From IMG/VR virus record IMGVR_UViG_3300031886_000002: a stretch of DNA of 64,000 nt, one strand, 5' to 3'. A model generated the notes under the pieces. It saw only the letters and a program-made list of their open reading frames with translations. It did no database searches and was not told the DNA's origin. The stretch is from an uncultured virus (IMG/VR IMGVR_UViG_3300031886_000002). Taxonomy: Duplodnaviria; Heunggongvirae; Uroviricota; Caudoviricetes. Shown here piece after piece: positions 1 through 11,759 of the stretch (position 1 is the stretch's first letter; each line of letters opens with the position of its first letter). Both the position numbers and the translations under genes were made by a program.

Positions 1-2155
1 CTGAATCAGTACTAGCATCTATATCAGCAGTAGGCAAGTCTAACTTTAATGTAGTCCCTGTTAAATCTATTCCTGTTCCTGCTGATATAGTGGCTTGTTT
101 AGCATTCCATGTAGCGGCAGATGCAATTCTAGCATCAGCAAATGTATCAGTAGTAATCTTATCAGCACTTAAATTAGGTATATCTGCCGCAACCCATGTT
201 CCTGTTGTACTAACCTTTGACTTGGCTAATGTTGGAATATCTGCTTCAACCCATGTTCCTGTGGTGCTTATTTTTGACTTGGCTAAAGTCGGTACATCAG
301 CCTCTACCCATGTTCCTGTTGTTGAAATCATTGATTTAGCAAATGTTCCACTTGTTATTTTAGAAGTGGCTAAGTTAGGAATATCAGTTGCAGCCAAACC
401 ATCATCTAAGATATTTAATTCAGCCGCAGTAGCAGTAATACTCAAATCACTCAAATCTTCTACTTTATCGGCAAGATTGGTAGTCAAGTTAGTTACTTTG
501 CTTTGTGCAATTGAGCCTTCAAGCATAGCATTAGTTATACCTAATGCCTTTACTCTTAACTCAGCAGTATTTAATTCTATAGATGAATCATCTAAGGTAT
601 ATCCCCAACTTAAAGTATTACCACTTTTAGATATTCCTGTTCCAGCGGTAATTTGACCTGCGCCTGAGAATTGAGCAAATGTTAAATCTGTAGTTCCTAC
701 TGTAATTGAACCTGTATTGGTTAATATAAATCCAGAATCTGCATTGGCTGTTCCTTCCTCAACCCATACATATAAGCCACCTGTAACATCAGCATCAACA
801 TCAGCATCAGTTGTTCTAGTCCATGCACCAGACTTACATAGATAAATACCATTTTCACTTGCATCAGATTGACTCTTAACTAATACCCTATTATCTGCTA
901 TTACACTTACACCATCAATAGTTTCTGTTCCATTTAAATCAATGTTTGCGGTTGTAGCAACCCTTACAGAATCCTTTGTATCTAATCCTTGTTTAATTCC
1001 ATCTGCATATGTTTTCAATGCAAACTGTGTTAAGTCAAGCGTTACATTAGAACCTCCTGTTACAGTAGCAGTTAGAGTAGAATTATCTGTGCCTCCAAGT
1101 GCTAATCCTGATAGGTATTTATTGGTGTCTGTATTAGTTACCTTATCATCATTCAGTCTTACTCTATTTTCCATTTTACCAAATGCTTGTAATATTGTAT
1201 CTGTTGCTGCAATATCACTCCCACTTGATGCATCTAAGCCTGTTAATACTTTACCAATTACACCTGCATTATCTAAGTTAGTATCAGCAATATAGGCTGG
1301 AGTTTCCCAATCACCATCTTCTCTTAGGAATTTAACTGTTGTTCCTGTGCTTCCGGGGTCAGGGACTAAACCTGCATTATCATTATCGAAATCAGAATAA
1401 ATGGTATTATTATCAGCGGCCCATACTGCCGTTCCAGCAGAAGAATATTTTAAGAATTGACCAGAAGCACCATCCTGCGGAATATGATTATTTCCATTAC
1501 CAGAAGGATGAGTATAGATTTCATTTGTTGTTGCTAATGTTCTAGCAGTAGAACCAACAGCAGGGAAAGATATAGCACCTGTGTTACCTGTTAGATATAC
1601 TTTACCTTCCTTATCTATTCTTAATGCTTCATCATAATCTCCATCTGAACCTGTATCTTGACCAACAGATAATGATGCCTGTACTTTCTTTATCCCATAA
1701 AATTGTATTGCTCTAGACCCTGCACTAGCAGAAGGAACAACCTTGATTAGACAAATAGGTATTTCTCCCTCATCTAATGAGGCTACCTTTACTTTAGTAG
1801 AACCCGGAGAAGAAGGACTTTTGAGGACTAAAGCACCAGAAGTCCATCCTTTGGGAATTACAAGGAATGCATAATAATCATATGTTGCTCCACTAACTGT
1901 TAAGTTATCAGTAACAGCAGTAGGAGTTCCTGTTTTATATTCTCCCCTATCAAACCAACCACCTGCTGTAACAGCAAAAGTAGTCCCATTTTGAACAACA
2001 TCTAATCCATGAGCAACGAATGAACCTGCTGTTTGTTGATTCAATGCTTTTAGGATTCCTGTATGTATAGAGTCAGTACCATCTTCTAGATTACCCTGTG
2101 TTCCTGCTGATGCAGATAATGAAGTAATAGTACCTAAATTAGTTTGTGTTCCCAT
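1..2155 (-). CDS. Tail fibre protein, truncated at the left window edge (not in ORF track)
   Basis: ATG at 2155 overlaps the upstream stop (TAATG). Reads MGTQTNLGTITSLSASAG..., contains a common phage fibre segment (SVRVATTANIDL.G..TIDGV....RVLVK.Q...SENGIY) and PNL...KIT-type fibre repeats; frame checked at both ends. Confidence 0.8.
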   Translation of the reverse strand, partial: MGTQTNLGTITSLSASAGTQGNLEDGTDSIHTGILKALNQQTAGSFVAHGLDVVQNGTTFAVTAGGWFDRGEYKTGTPTAVTDNLTVSGATYDYYAFLVIPKGWTSGALVLKSPSSPGSTKVKVASLDEGEIPICLIKVVPSASAGSRAIQFYGIKKVQASLSVGQDTGSDGDYDEALRIDKEGKVYLTGNTGAISFPAVGSTARTLATTNEIYTHPSGNGNNHIPQDGASGQFLKYSSAGTAVWAADNNTIYSDFDNDNAGLVPDPGSTGTTVKFLREDGDWETPAYIADTNLDNAGVIGKVLTGLDASSGSDIAATDTILQAFGKMENRVRLNDDKVTNTDTNKYLSGLALGGTDNSTLTATVTGGSNVTLDLTQFALKTYADGIKQGLDTKDSVRVATTANIDLNGTETIDGVSVIADNRVLVKSQSDASENGIYLCKSGAWTRTTDADVDADVTGGLYVWVEEGTANADSGFILTNTGSITVGTTDLTFAQFSGAGQITAGTGISKSGNTLSWGYTLDDSSIELNTAELRVKALGITNAMLEGSIAQSKVTNLTTNLADKVEDLSDLSITATAAELNILDDGLAATDIPNLATSKITSGTFAKSMISTTGTWVEADVPTLAKSKISTTGTWVEADIPTLAKSKVSTTGTWVAADIPNLSADKITTDTFADARIASAATWNAKQATISAGTGIDLTGTTLKLDLPTADIDASTDS
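175..345 (-). repeat. About 3 tandem 57-bp coding repeats (STTGTWVEADIPTLAKSK-like) in the tail fibre
   Basis: acccatgttcctgt recurs at 57-nt spacing; approximate boundaries. Confidence 0.8.
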
Positions 2156-2505
2156 TACTCTACCTCCAACCTAAATATAAACTTAACTTCATCAGATGCT
2201 GTGAGTGGCCCTATTGCATTAAAATTAACTCTAGTCAATAGTGTTCCACTACCTATTGTTGCATGATTAAATACACCTAATTCTCGTATTAAATTGGTAC
2301 TGAGGTCTGCTCCTGTGAAGGTAACATTGTATACTACAGTATTACCAATCCTATTTACAGTTGCTAACTTACGAACTACTTCATTATCTAATTCAGTTTG
2401 ACTTGTTGAAGTATCATCTCCACCATCACCTACGCCTACATAAGTAAATGCTGTATTAGCAATCACCAAATCACCAAGACCCTTTTTACCTGCATCTACT
2501 ATCAT
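2155..2505 (-). CDS. Small tail/baseplate protein (tail-collar/fibre-attachment-like)
   Basis: YVGVGDG...QTELDNEVVRK...IRELGVFN pattern typical of fibre-attachment domains; lies next to the fibre gene. Confidence 0.6.
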   Translation of the reverse strand: MIVDAGKKGLGDLVIANTAFTYVGVGDGGDDTSTSQTELDNEVVRKLATVNRIGNTVVYNVTFTGADLSTNLIRELGVFNHATIGSGTLLTRVNFNAIGPLTASDEVKFIFRLEVE

Positions 2506-2562
2506 AGGTCAATCTCCGTTGTAGTTGTGGTGGATGATGGAAATTCCATTATTGTAGTGAAA

Positions 2563-5500
2563 CTAAGCAAAGCCAATTGTACTGCCTCCTGTTGTTTGTG
2601 TTAATTGATACTTTAATGATTCTTCCTCAAGGTCAAAACTATCGGGTATGATTTTATCAGTTACTGTTTGGGAGACTTCTTTAGTGAATAAATTTGTGAA
2701 TCCCTTGTCCTGAGTGATGTTAATTTGTGAGAGTCTTTCCGCTATTGTTTTATTAAATGTTCCTACTGTTATTGTTAAAACACTAGACATTACATTTTCT
2801 ATTTCAAATATGATATAATCATCTGCTGGTATACCGTGTAGTGGGAAGTTTAGTGTTATCAAATCTCCAGGTTTCATTAATTCATAACCAGTCTTTTCTA
2901 ATTTAACTGTTATCTTTCTAGAATCTTGATTGTGTATTTCTAGTAAATTGGATGCTAATACTCTAGCATCTTGGATAGTTTTTATATTAGGGTCTATATG
3001 TTTTATTACTCTAGCAGTGTCATTAGTTGGTTCTTCTGCTGTAGCCTTTACATTGTCACCGATGACTATAATTTTATTGGCTTTATCAAATAGGGATTTA
3101 TTACTATTTACTCCTAAGATATTATTTGAGTCTCTCCATCTAGCAGAGAATTTTCTCTTAGTATCATAATTATCCATACTATTAATTTTAACTTTATTAT
3201 TCACAAAGATATATTCTAAAGAACGCTTTGCTGCAAGATAGTTAATACTATTGAATACATCATGTTCGTTAAAATTAGTATTATCAATAAAAGGAAGTCT
3301 TGTATATTTCACTAATTCATCGTTTGCTATCGGTTTATAATAGATAGTGCTTACGCTCACCGCGTTGCTAGTTGGGGTTGCGCTCAACTCGCCTATCAAC
3401 TTTCCGTCTTGGTTGTAAATAATATCACCACTTGTTAGATTAATAGCGTTATCATATAATGTAATGGTTGTTGACGGTGGCTTTATTTCAACTATATTGC
3501 TAGTATAAACTAGATTTCTTTCGGAGGTATCAATGTCTATATCATTCTCTTCAAGTATTTCTTCTATTGCTATTTCTATATCTGTCCCTATTGATATAGT
3601 AGAACCTAAATAGGCTCTTTTACCAGTAATAGACATATTACTTGGTGAATCTACAGTAAAGGTTTCTCCAAATGATACCACTCCATTACCTGTTAAATTG
3701 CCATCATAATGAAATGTTAATGAAGTGTCTGTTACTTTCTGTCCTCTAATAGTTTTTAGTGCAGAAGTATTTCCATCTGTAATATAGAAATCTCCACTTA
3801 AGTCAAGTTGGTCAGGCATTGTTCCTATTGTTCTTCTATCTAGGAAATTTCCATCTTTTTCATCAATATGTAATAACATATACATGCTATACAATGCTTC
3901 TTGGTATTTAGGATTGTTATTATCTATTACCCCTGTTACTAAATCAAATGGAGTAGTGTCATACTTTAATCCTGTATCATGCATTTGTAATATTTCAATC
4001 TTCTCAGGAGTATCTTCAAAAGTAGTTTCTGAGATTCTCATTAGTCTAAACTTAGTTCCATGTGTAGCAGTAGTTATAGCGGTATCTAGTGTTAATTCAT
4101 GTTCGGTATAACCACCATTTACTTCTAATTCATGCCCTGTAATCCTTGTAATAAGTGAAGGGACTCCTTTCTTTTCATTACCATATTGTGTTATTACATC
4201 ACCATAATTATTGTCATTCCAATTTCTAGTAGTATCTAATTTGCATCCTTTAAATGTTGTTGCTGTTTTTTCTGTATAAGTAACTACTTGGCTTCCATTA
4301 ATAGTGTCACTACTTTCATCTACATAAGAACCAGCAATAGTTATTTTTCCAGATGTAGGAAATTCTTCTGTTCCATTACTAGCAATAAAATTAGTTACTG
4401 TTGTGTTACTTAAATTGCTAGTTATAGTAGTCTCTCCGGCTTCTCCTGCTGTTGCTTGGGTCAATATTAATTTACCAGCACTTTGTGTTACTGTTATTTT
4501 ACCATTATGACCTGATGAATGTTCAATGCATGTTTTTAATGATGACATTACTTCTGTTATCTCTCCATCTTTGTCAAATTCATTATTTGCTTCATCAATG
4601 CTATATCTAGCAGTATAGGTTTTAGTTGTTCCATCTGTGCTTGTAATGCTAATTGTTTCATTGGGACTTGGATTATCAGAACAGGTTATTGTGGCAGCAG
4701 CATAACCAAGAACAGTTATAGTGCTACCAGATTTAGAAGAGAAAACAGCCTTTGCCTGATTAGATAATCTAGCACCGCTTATAAATTGTTCTGATACCAA
4801 ATAATATCCTGTCAAATTTGGCATGAATGCCATCCAATGATGGGTGGAATTATCATTCATTTGAAATGTTAAGGTGGTAGATGATAGAGAACACCCATGA
4901 CTACTAAGAGTCCCTGATGTTATTTTTGATAGATTAACTGTTGGTTTAATGAACATTTGTGAATTATATAAATACGCACTTGAAGATTGACTAGTTATTT
5001 CAAAGTGATTCGTTTTAGTATTTCTTCCACTACCAAACAAATTAGAGTTAGCAGTTTTTGTTCCTATTAGTGCTTTGTTTCTTCCCTTTCTTGTTATCAT
5101 TAAGTTTCTAGAATGTTGGTCAACATCATTACCCTCATAATCAAAGTATGTTGCATAAGCAGCAGTAGTATCTAATTCTAAAGGTGCACTACTTATTCCA
5201 GAAACACTATCACCTACTATTTTCTTGAAGTCTTGGAAGTTTGCTATGCAATTATCATATATGTGGTTTAATGGTTTTCCATTGTTATAATGTGCTAATC
5301 CTCCCCAATTTACTCCTACTCCTTCTTTAAATGTTTCCAACGCTAATGCTGCTACTACTCTAGATGTATGGTGATATACAGGGTCTGTTCCTGTCCAATA
5401 AGTATTATCTTCTTCCCATTGTGGTATATCATGGAAAGCAGAAAAATATCTTTTTCTTTCTACTCCTGATTCTTGGCTTCTATGTAATCCTGAAATCATT

Positions 5501-8500
5501 GGAATGAATATGTTGTGTGCATTAAAACTTGTATGTGTTACATCAGGGGTAGGAGAAGTATCTACATAACTAAGTCCATCTGTATAATCCAAATAATTTT
5601 TATTCAAATTACCCCCAACAATATAAGCATTATTCATGTATAAATCATTGATATTTACTTCATCCAACTCTCTACCTCCGGGACTAGCATATATGTTAAA
5701 TGGTATTATTCCGGGAAAATTATGTCTCACGGTATCATCAGAAGTTTTATAGTAATAGTTATTTCTGATTACATATGCAGATACAGCACTAAGAACATCA
5801 TTAAATATTACCCAATCATCATCTACCCAATCATCATCACCATTACCTGTTACAGTAACAGTTGTGGCTCCTGTATTTGTAGTATTAGCAGGATGAGTTA
5901 CACCAATATACATTGCTAGTAAATTACCGGTAGTTGCATCATAAATTAAATCTCCCGGATATACTACTGTATCAGTTAAGGTAGTGGTTCCTGTAGCATA
6001 AAAAGTCAAATCTACACTATCAAGATTTGTTATTACATCTCTTTGTAAATCAATAGGAGGAGAGAATCTAGGGTATCTAAACTGTTGTAACTTAGTCATG
6101 TTATCAGTTTTATCTACAGATTCCATATCAACAGGATTAAAATGCCAATCAAAAGTGGCCTCTACTAATCTCATTATTCCAAATCTATTTATTTGATTAG
6201 AAGTAATGCTAGCATCAGAAATATTCATTCTTTGGTAACTATTATCTTTTCTTTTCACTTCATTAGTGTTCCCTGTATATTTTTCGTGGGATATACTATT
6301 GCCTTTGTCTGCTTCTGCTTCTACTAATAGTCCATAATTCACTAGGTTTTGTTCACTAAATCCTAAATGATTATGTCTTAATTGTGATTCTGGATAAATA
6401 TCTCCTAATGCTAGTAATTCATATCGGCTCACTCTTGGGTCTGTGTTTATAAATCTAGATGTTAATACATCTTCTGTAGTTGGTTCTGGATTTCCTACTC
6501 CTGTATTAGAATTATTTAACCAATTATCAGGATTTGTTATATCTCCTTGATTATCAATATCAATATTAGGATAGTGTTGTGGTAGTTTTAATTGAGTATT
6601 ACTACTTATCTTAAATTTATATGAATTAGTCAATTCATTATATTTAGCATTCCAAGCATCATCAATTAAATTACTTCCTTCAATTGGGACAAGAGAAGTA
6701 GTAGTAGCAGCAGTTACTGTTGAACCGTCTTGTTTAATACACCATGCTGGCGTAGCACCCAATATATTCTGTGCTCTACTTCCATCATTATAAACAGAAC
6801 CTACTGTATACTTCAATGTTCCCGGATTAAACTCTTGTAAATCTGTATATCTAAAGGTTTGTTTAGGACTATAATTAGTAGTGATTGTATCTTGTAAAGT
6901 GTGTAGAAAACCTCCACTTGGGATATTTCTATTAACTAGATATAAGTAGGAATTGTCATCTAATCTAGTATCAGAAGTATTAGTAGTTATACTACCTAAT
7001 ACCACAGGGAAGGTTGGTGCTAAGGTTAAAGTAGTGTTCTCTCCTTCTTTCTTCACACTTGATACTACTGAATAATAATTTGGTGATGACGGAGTTATTA
7101 CATTATTATAACTAATTGATGCTTCCTTTTCCTGTGCTAATTTGAACATAAAATTGCTATCATTCCCTTCACTAATTCCTTTCACAGAAGATAAATCATA
7201 CCCTAAACTACTATCTAAATCATATTGACCTGTTGCAGAAGTATATGCTAAATCTGAAAATGTTTGGTCGCCATTACTAGCGTAAGTAATTCCCTTCCCA
7301 TCAGCAAATACTAACCCTTTATTACCTGCTGAACTTAAATCTGTTGGATAAGAGACTGCTTTAATATTAGTGCTCATTGACTTTATACTTGATATGTAAT
7401 TGTTATGTGTTAATCTAACTAATTTTAGGTCATCACCTGCAGTAATTGTTTCTAACTGATTTTGTATTTTAAAGGTGGTATTACTACCAGCAACAGTAGC
7501 AAGTTCCTTAACTTCAGCAAGTAGATTTGAGTTTTCATCTAAGATTAAATCATATTTCTGTGGTAACGGTGCCAATACTGTAGGAACAGTAAGTGATAAT
7601 ACTCCGCCTGTAGTTGTGGTACTGTTAATATGTATTGCAGTTACATCATCAAAGATAGGATTCAAACTAGAATAGACCACATCATTAGTAACATTCAAAT
7701 TCTTACTTGTAGTATTACTTAGTAATTTAGATATGGTATCTCTCCCACTAATCTCATAAGTAAGCATACCATGTTCCAACTTTGATTCAATATCTTCTAT
7801 TGTTCCTACAAATACTTCTTCATCCATAGCAAATTTGCCTGTGAAATAATATAGGAATGAATTAGCATTACTTGGATTATAATATTTTTTAGTAGAATTC
7901 TGCAATTTAATATAACTATTTAATGAATCACCATAGTCTACTGTAATATCATGACCCATGTATTGAGGCTCTAAGAATGATAGTTTGGTATTATACAAAC
8001 TGTTATTCTTTTTACTGATTGTATTATCGTTTATCGTCAATCTTGTAAATGCATTATCATCATATACTCCTTCTGTATCTATTGGAATAGAACCTCTTAC
8101 CCCTCCATTCCACGCTTTAACATAAGCCTTTTGTCCTACTATACTTTCTAAGGAGGATATTGCTGAAAAGATAGTGTCATATAACTTCTTCTTTCTATTT
8201 ATTGTTAATTTTTGTGAATTACCTGTTGGTGCGGCAATAGCACTAATGATATAATAGTAATCATTCACCCTTATCATATCACCAACATTGATATAATTAT
8301 CATTTCTTAAATCAAATTCATCAAAAGAAGCACCTGAAATTTTCTCTTGTGGTGTTTGATTAACTGTAAGGAAATAACTACCACCTGAAACAGAACCTGT
8401 TACCGTATAAGGCAATTCAAACTCTTTCATATTCCCTGCAAATATTGTGCTTCGTATTGTTAATGAGTGGTCTTCTTTTAATTTTAAGTGTTGTATTCCT

Positions 8501-9951
8501 GCATGGTCAAGTGTTGTTACTCTAGCCATCTGGGTCATCTTATTTCTAGGATTATTCACTACTGATTCCATTACAGTTGAAATTATGTTATTCTTTAATT
8601 TAGCAGACTTATAATATAGATACCTATTTGCCCCACTAGCATTTCCATGTATAGCCACTTCTCCACCTGATGTTGCTGTTTGTGCATTTATTTTATCATC
8701 TGTAGTTCTTTGATTATTTCTAATTATATGTCTCCATTTGCTTGGGTCTTGGGATGAAGCATAAGATATTCCATCATCATAATCTGTTTCTAAAGTATCA
8801 CTATCATATACCTTATCTACAAATAAGGCATCATGATTCATTAAACCTAAATCATTTACTATTGTTCCATATTCTCTTTCAGTTCTAAAGATAGAATGAT
8901 GTATCGTTCTACCTATGTATACAGGGTAAGTTCCTGTTGGCCAATTACCACTTGATATTCCATATCTAGCATAGTCTATTTCTAGTTCATCTTCTAAACC
9001 ACTTGTAATATCTGTAACATTCCCAAAGTGAATTCTATTACTTTGGTCAGCCAAAAATATACTTTGACCTTTAATTAAATCTGTAGTAGCAAGATTTGAA
9101 AATGTTATATCACTTGGTGGGCCAAATGCAGCAATTTGTGAACCCAATATTACATTTCCATCTGTGCTTACTCTAGTATAATCACTAAACCATCTGCAAG
9201 TAGTTAGATTATATTTAGTATTAAAATCCAACTGATTCTTATTTACTAATCTATCCTCATAGAAATACCATGTGGGCTTGCTAACCTTACTGGCTTCATC
9301 ATATTTTAATCCAGAGATTGCTGTGCTACCTCTAAGTCCATAAGATACCGCTACTACATCTGTATCTGTTACTGCTGGCCCTTTGAATAATTCAAACTTG
9401 GCACCTTTTGGAACAGCACTAGGATATTTTGGTTCAAATTCTATACCATCCCCATAATTATCATAGGCAATAATCTGCTTTATTTTAGCAAAATGAGGTT
9501 TTATAATTGTTGTTCCATCATTTCCTTCATAGTCTGGATTGATTAATACAAACCAATCATTATCTTCTAAGTTTATTACAGGAGATAAATTGTATACATT
9601 TTGTCCCACACTATTCTTTTCAGTTCTTAATTTATGTGGTCTAGTTTGTTCTTGATTGCCTGCACCATAATCACTTATTGTTTTATTGTTAGGGTAATAC
9701 CTATTTACAATATAATCTTTAGAGTCACATGAAATCATCCCATCATAAGGCCCGTTTCTAATCTCAAAGAAGTTTGCTGAAACCCCTGTTGCTTCTTCAG
9801 ATATTCCTGTTGATTTAATTATAGGATTAACTGAGCATTCTGAAAAGGCTGTTGCTGGAAACGCATCATCTTTGGCTGCAAATGTAGTAGGTAAGGTTAC
9901 AGTGTCTTCTTTAGATGCATTCAAAACATATGTATATCTTTCAGCCATCAT
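2563..9951 (-). CDS. Very large tail tip/baseplate hub protein (2462 aa)
   Basis: Position downstream of tape measure; T/S/N-rich; C-terminal ANKIIVIG...LMKPGDLITL segment resembles tail hub proteins. Confidence 0.65.
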   Translation of the reverse strand: MMAERYTYVLNASKEDTVTLPTTFAAKDDAFPATAFSECSVNPIIKSTGISEEATGVSANFFEIRNGPYDGMISCDSKDYIVNRYYPNNKTISDYGAGNQEQTRPHKLRTEKNSVGQNVYNLSPVINLEDNDWFVLINPDYEGNDGTTIIKPHFAKIKQIIAYDNYGDGIEFEPKYPSAVPKGAKFELFKGPAVTDTDVVAVSYGLRGSTAISGLKYDEASKVSKPTWYFYEDRLVNKNQLDFNTKYNLTTCRWFSDYTRVSTDGNVILGSQIAAFGPPSDITFSNLATTDLIKGQSIFLADQSNRIHFGNVTDITSGLEDELEIDYARYGISSGNWPTGTYPVYIGRTIHHSIFRTEREYGTIVNDLGLMNHDALFVDKVYDSDTLETDYDDGISYASSQDPSKWRHIIRNNQRTTDDKINAQTATSGGEVAIHGNASGANRYLYYKSAKLKNNIISTVMESVVNNPRNKMTQMARVTTLDHAGIQHLKLKEDHSLTIRSTIFAGNMKEFELPYTVTGSVSGGSYFLTVNQTPQEKISGASFDEFDLRNDNYINVGDMIRVNDYYYIISAIAAPTGNSQKLTINRKKKLYDTIFSAISSLESIVGQKAYVKAWNGGVRGSIPIDTEGVYDDNAFTRLTINDNTISKKNNSLYNTKLSFLEPQYMGHDITVDYGDSLNSYIKLQNSTKKYYNPSNANSFLYYFTGKFAMDEEVFVGTIEDIESKLEHGMLTYEISGRDTISKLLSNTTSKNLNVTNDVVYSSLNPIFDDVTAIHINSTTTTGGVLSLTVPTVLAPLPQKYDLILDENSNLLAEVKELATVAGSNTTFKIQNQLETITAGDDLKLVRLTHNNYISSIKSMSTNIKAVSYPTDLSSAGNKGLVFADGKGITYASNGDQTFSDLAYTSATGQYDLDSSLGYDLSSVKGISEGNDSNFMFKLAQEKEASISYNNVITPSSPNYYSVVSSVKKEGENTTLTLAPTFPVVLGSITTNTSDTRLDDNSYLYLVNRNIPSGGFLHTLQDTITTNYSPKQTFRYTDLQEFNPGTLKYTVGSVYNDGSRAQNILGATPAWCIKQDGSTVTAATTTSLVPIEGSNLIDDAWNAKYNELTNSYKFKISSNTQLKLPQHYPNIDIDNQGDITNPDNWLNNSNTGVGNPEPTTEDVLTSRFINTDPRVSRYELLALGDIYPESQLRHNHLGFSEQNLVNYGLLVEAEADKGNSISHEKYTGNTNEVKRKDNSYQRMNISDASITSNQINRFGIMRLVEATFDWHFNPVDMESVDKTDNMTKLQQFRYPRFSPPIDLQRDVITNLDSVDLTFYATGTTTLTDTVVYPGDLIYDATTGNLLAMYIGVTHPANTTNTGATTVTVTGNGDDDWVDDDWVIFNDVLSAVSAYVIRNNYYYKTSDDTVRHNFPGIIPFNIYASPGGRELDEVNINDLYMNNAYIVGGNLNKNYLDYTDGLSYVDTSPTPDVTHTSFNAHNIFIPMISGLHRSQESGVERKRYFSAFHDIPQWEEDNTYWTGTDPVYHHTSRVVAALALETFKEGVGVNWGGLAHYNNGKPLNHIYDNCIANFQDFKKIVGDSVSGISSAPLELDTTAAYATYFDYEGNDVDQHSRNLMITRKGRNKALIGTKTANSNLFGSGRNTKTNHFEITSQSSSAYLYNSQMFIKPTVNLSKITSGTLSSHGCSLSSTTLTFQMNDNSTHHWMAFMPNLTGYYLVSEQFISGARLSNQAKAVFSSKSGSTITVLGYAAATITCSDNPSPNETISITSTDGTTKTYTARYSIDEANNEFDKDGEITEVMSSLKTCIEHSSGHNGKITVTQSAGKLILTQATAGEAGETTITSNLSNTTVTNFIASNGTEEFPTSGKITIAGSYVDESSDTINGSQVVTYTEKTATTFKGCKLDTTRNWNDNNYGDVITQYGNEKKGVPSLITRITGHELEVNGGYTEHELTLDTAITTATHGTKFRLMRISETTFEDTPEKIEILQMHDTGLKYDTTPFDLVTGVIDNNNPKYQEALYSMYMLLHIDEKDGNFLDRRTIGTMPDQLDLSGDFYITDGNTSALKTIRGQKVTDTSLTFHYDGNLTGNGVVSFGETFTVDSPSNMSITGKRAYLGSTISIGTDIEIAIEEILEENDIDIDTSERNLVYTSNIVEIKPPSTTITLYDNAINLTSGDIIYNQDGKLIGELSATPTSNAVSVSTIYYKPIANDELVKYTRLPFIDNTNFNEHDVFNSINYLAAKRSLEYIFVNNKVKINSMDNYDTKRKFSARWRDSNNILGVNSNKSLFDKANKIIVIGDNVKATAEEPTNDTARVIKHIDPNIKTIQDARVLASNLLEIHNQDSRKITVKLEKTGYELMKPGDLITLNFPLHGIPADDYIIFEIENVMSSVLTITVGTFNKTIAERLSQINITQDKGFTNLFTKEVSQTVTDKIIPDSFDLEEESLKYQLTQTTGGSTIGFA

Positions 9952-11033
9952 TCATCACCAAACCTGTAGTAAAAGATTATATCATTATAACCCGGTGAAA
10001 GAGTGTGTATAGAAAAGGTAGGTTCTGTTCGTTTATACATACATATTTCATACAGTTCTCCCATGAATTGTGTTGTTGTATTAGATGATTCAGTAGGTGA
10101 AACGCCGGTTCCATAGTTATTGTTTGTCCACCCTTGTGTTACCTTCTGTCCTATGTAACAATTACCTGCTTCAAATGTTTTTGGAGTAACTGTGCCTGTT
10201 CCGACTAATTTATTATTTAGATATAGGTTAACATTTCCAGCACTATATGAGAATCCTACTTTGTATAGTGTTTCCATGTATAGGGCTTCCTTTGGTTGTG
10301 AATAATATACACTACCACTTGTTTGTGTTTGGCTCATAACTAAAGTTCCAGCACTAGCATCTATTGTATTAACAGTTCCAATAGTAGTTCCAGCACTATT
10401 AAATAATTCTGTGCCTACGCCTACTTTATTTACATTACTTGCAGTATCTAATTCTATCATTGATGTATTACTATTATCTACACTTGAATCATCCAACAAA
10501 GTTAGAGAAGTATTTCCTCCTTCATATAGTCCATTAATATCATACTTCCCATACAAAGTGCTATGTGCTTGTATTACTGTATTAGATGATACAAGAGTCC
10601 CACCAACATCTGCTACTATCTTGTATTCTGCTGGTTGATTAAGATTGTTTGATGTAGTATTTTCTAAGTATAGACCAAAATTAGGATTACTAAATAGATA
10701 CATTTTGTGTGTTTTTCTAGCAGTATGAGTAAAGTAATTCTCACTTTGATAATGCAAATCAGTCACATTGTTATCTTGGTCAAGGCTCGGTGGAGTCTTT
10801 TCAGAAGTAGCATATCCTATGCCACTTGCTCCCGCCTTTGTACCATATCCATTAACATCATAAGGAGTGATTACAGCCTCTATTGAGAACTTCCCTTGAT
10901 GGCCCCAAAGACCACCGCGAAGGGCTAAGTCTGTATCTGCACCATTTTTCCCATAGTATTCAAGTTTTAGATAACCATCACACATTACAGGAAAGACCAA
11001 ACATTTAGTATCACCTGCGTATATTCCCGGCAT
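9948..11033 (-). CDS. Tail protein with LamG/concanavalin-like features
   Basis: FSIEAVITP...NLYLNNKLVG...YIGQ...FMGELYEI pattern; tail module position. Confidence 0.55.
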   Translation of the reverse strand: MPGIYAGDTKCLVFPVMCDGYLKLEYYGKNGADTDLALRGGLWGHQGKFSIEAVITPYDVNGYGTKAGASGIGYATSEKTPPSLDQDNNVTDLHYQSENYFTHTARKTHKMYLFSNPNFGLYLENTTSNNLNQPAEYKIVADVGGTLVSSNTVIQAHSTLYGKYDINGLYEGGNTSLTLLDDSSVDNSNTSMIELDTASNVNKVGVGTELFNSAGTTIGTVNTIDASAGTLVMSQTQTSGSVYYSQPKEALYMETLYKVGFSYSAGNVNLYLNNKLVGTGTVTPKTFEAGNCYIGQKVTQGWTNNNYGTGVSPTESSNTTTQFMGELYEICMYKRTEPTFSIHTLSPGYNDIIFYYRFGDE

Positions 11034-11041
11034 TTAATCCC

Positions 11042-11758
11042 TCAAAGTGATGCATTGATAAAGTCTGATGCTGCTGATGAAGCCTGTTGGAAAGACATAT
11101 TAAATGTAATTTGTGGAACTTCTGTTCCACTAAATGATGTGCTAAAAGTATCAATATATCCTGTTATCCCATCTAATTCATCTCCAACTGCATCAAAATC
11201 TAATGGATATTCAGATTCTCCTATTGATAAACTTGGCACATCATATGGTCTATTAGCCCAAGTAAATGGAGTCAATGGTAATTCTGTTAAATCTGCTGTT
11301 GCTGAATTTGAAGGACTAGTCCTTTGAACAAAATTCTTATCTGCTCTACTAGGAATTAAAATTATCAATTTAGATAAATTTTGGTCTTCATGGAGGAACG
11401 ATGAGTCCACATAAGAATGTAATAATTGAGCGATTTCATATGCTGATAATTTAACTTGCTCTAGGACTCCCTTAGAATCATTTTTAGTAATAAATTGGTC
11501 TAATATAGTTCCCGTTAGACTAACAGTTTTGGTAGCCAATCCTAAGTCCATCGCTATTGTCTTAGATTCACCAGAAATAATACCTGAGAACGGAACAGGG
11601 AAAGATAGTGACTGTTTATTTGTTGTAATATCTACAGTTTGACAGAGTAAACCTATCCTATTTTCTGCAATACTTTCTCCCGGTGTATCTGTTGATGCCC
11701 TTCTTGCTAACTCTAACATCACATAATTTAATGAATTTACTTCGCTATAATCTACCAT
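11042..11758 (-). CDS. Putative distal tail/baseplate protein
   Basis: Immediately after the tape measure gene; beta-rich. Confidence 0.45.
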   Translation of the reverse strand: MVDYSEVNSLNYVMLELARRASTDTPGESIAENRIGLLCQTVDITTNKQSLSFPVPFSGIISGESKTIAMDLGLATKTVSLTGTILDQFITKNDSKGVLEQVKLSAYEIAQLLHSYVDSSFLHEDQNLSKLIILIPSRADKNFVQRTSPSNSATADLTELPLTPFTWANRPYDVPSLSIGESEYPLDFDAVGDELDGITGYIDTFSTSFSGTEVPQITFNMSFQQASSAASDFINASL

Positions 11759-11759
11759 A

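Noticed and set aside
90..1545. Plus-strand ORFs 90..656, 942..1295, 1339..1545
   Set aside because: Antisense shadows of the minus-strand tail fibre gene
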